A stretch of DNA of 64,000 nt from positions 234 to 64,233 of the forward strand of contig DEIU01000004.1 in the NCBI GenBank assembly GCA_002352645.1, written 5' to 3'. Every line of letters begins with the position of its first letter. Positions within the stretch are counted from its first letter, which is position 1. This DNA is from Acidimicrobiia bacterium UBA2766 (lineage in GTDB: Bacteria; Actinomycetota; Acidimicrobiia; UBA2766). Under the pieces are notes generated by a model. That model did not search any database, was not told where the DNA came from, and saw nothing but the letters and a program-made list of their open reading frames with translations. A program made the position numbers and the translations under genes. Below are positions 63,487-64,000 of the stretch, piece after piece.

Positions 63487-64000
63487 ATGCTATTTCTAAC
63501 CATTTCGACTTCCACAGAACAGGGAATGGTCGCCATTGGTTCGAGCGAACGTGTTTTGGCGAGTGCTTCTGTGGGAAAGGCACAAGCGCAGGGCGAATTT
63601 TTGACTCCTGCGATCGAGTTTTGTGCCTGCCAAGCCCAGGTTGATTTGAGGCAGATTGCCGGTGTTGCTGTGGATCGAGGTCCGGGACTTTTCACGGGGT
63701 TGCGTATCGGCGTTGCGACCGCAAAAGCCATTGCTTTGACCTTGTCTGTTCCGATGGTGCCGCTTGAATCGCTTGACCTTTTGGCTTTTGCTGCCCGTGT
63801 GGCTCGCCGTCCCATCTGGTCTTTACTTGATGCCCGCCGCGGAGAGGTGTTTGCCGCGCGCTACCGACCAACTCCAGGAGGAGTGGAACGCTCTTCAGAC
63901 TATAGGCTGGCGACTCCAAATGCTCTTGTTGGGGATCTGATGACCGAAACAGAAGATGTGCTTTTAGTGGGGAATGGGGCTTGCCAATACTATGACGTTT
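63487..64000 (+). CDS. tsaB: tRNA threonylcarbamoyladenosine biosynthesis protein TsaB (YeaZ), 3'-partial at window edge
   Basis: Manual translation: MLFLTISTSTEQGMVAIGSSERVLASASV...GVAVDRGPGLFTGLRIGVATAKAIALTLSVPMVPLESLD; no stop before the window end. Confidence 0.7.
   Translation, partial: MLFLTISTSTEQGMVAIGSSERVLASASVGKAQAQGEFLTPAIEFCACQAQVDLRQIAGVAVDRGPGLFTGLRIGVATAKAIALTLSVPMVPLESLDLLAFAARVARRPIWSLLDARRGEVFAARYRPTPGGVERSSDYRLATPNALVGDLMTETEDVLLVGNGACQYYDV

Noticed and set aside
1-64000. CRISPR arrays, rRNA genes, IS elements/transposases/integrases
   Set aside because: Scanned for regularly spaced direct repeats, rRNA-like conserved blocks and DDE/tyrosine-recombinase-like ORFs; none found. 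Only simple palindromes and terminators were seen, reported above.

Overview
This 64 kb window is mostly the conserved translation/transcription core locus of a moderate-GC (about 55%) bacterium with a Gram-positive/Actinobacteria-like layout. It runs tRNA-Trp, secE, nusG, rplK, rplA, rplJ, rplL, rpoB, rpoC, a truncated haemoglobin, the str operon (rpsL, rpsG, fusA, tuf), the S10, spc and alpha operons (rpsJ through rplQ, including secY, adk, infA, rpmJ), truA, then rplM, rpsI, glmM, a glmS ribozyme plus glmS, nnr, alr, a DmpA-type peptidase, a family-4 UDG, tsaE and tsaB. The ribosomal proteins are all zinc-ribbon (C+) forms: S14 type Z, L36, S4 and L24 with Cys4 motifs.

The first 7 kb looks like accessory DNA. 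It holds an ImmA/IrrE (HEXXH) metallopeptidase paired with a DUF4411/PIN-like protein. After an odd 770-bp G-tract/GA-repeat spacer comes a three-gene operon: a 742-aa dynamin-like GTPase, a 363-aa paralogous short GTPase and a 224-aa unknown protein. This operon is the best candidate for an undescribed system, either Eleos/LeoABC-like defence or an IniA/IniC-like membrane-stress module.

Other notable items are a sigma-70/anti-sigma fusion membrane protein, an ECF sigma/anti-sigma pair beside tRNA-Met, an L29 with a long acidic tail, and several unusually long non-coding spacers inside the ribosomal operons (tuf-rpsJ 1.2 kb, rplA-rplJ about 1 kb, rplL-rpoB 0.7 kb with a consensus sigma-70 promoter). 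No rRNA, CRISPR array, transposase or integrase was seen.
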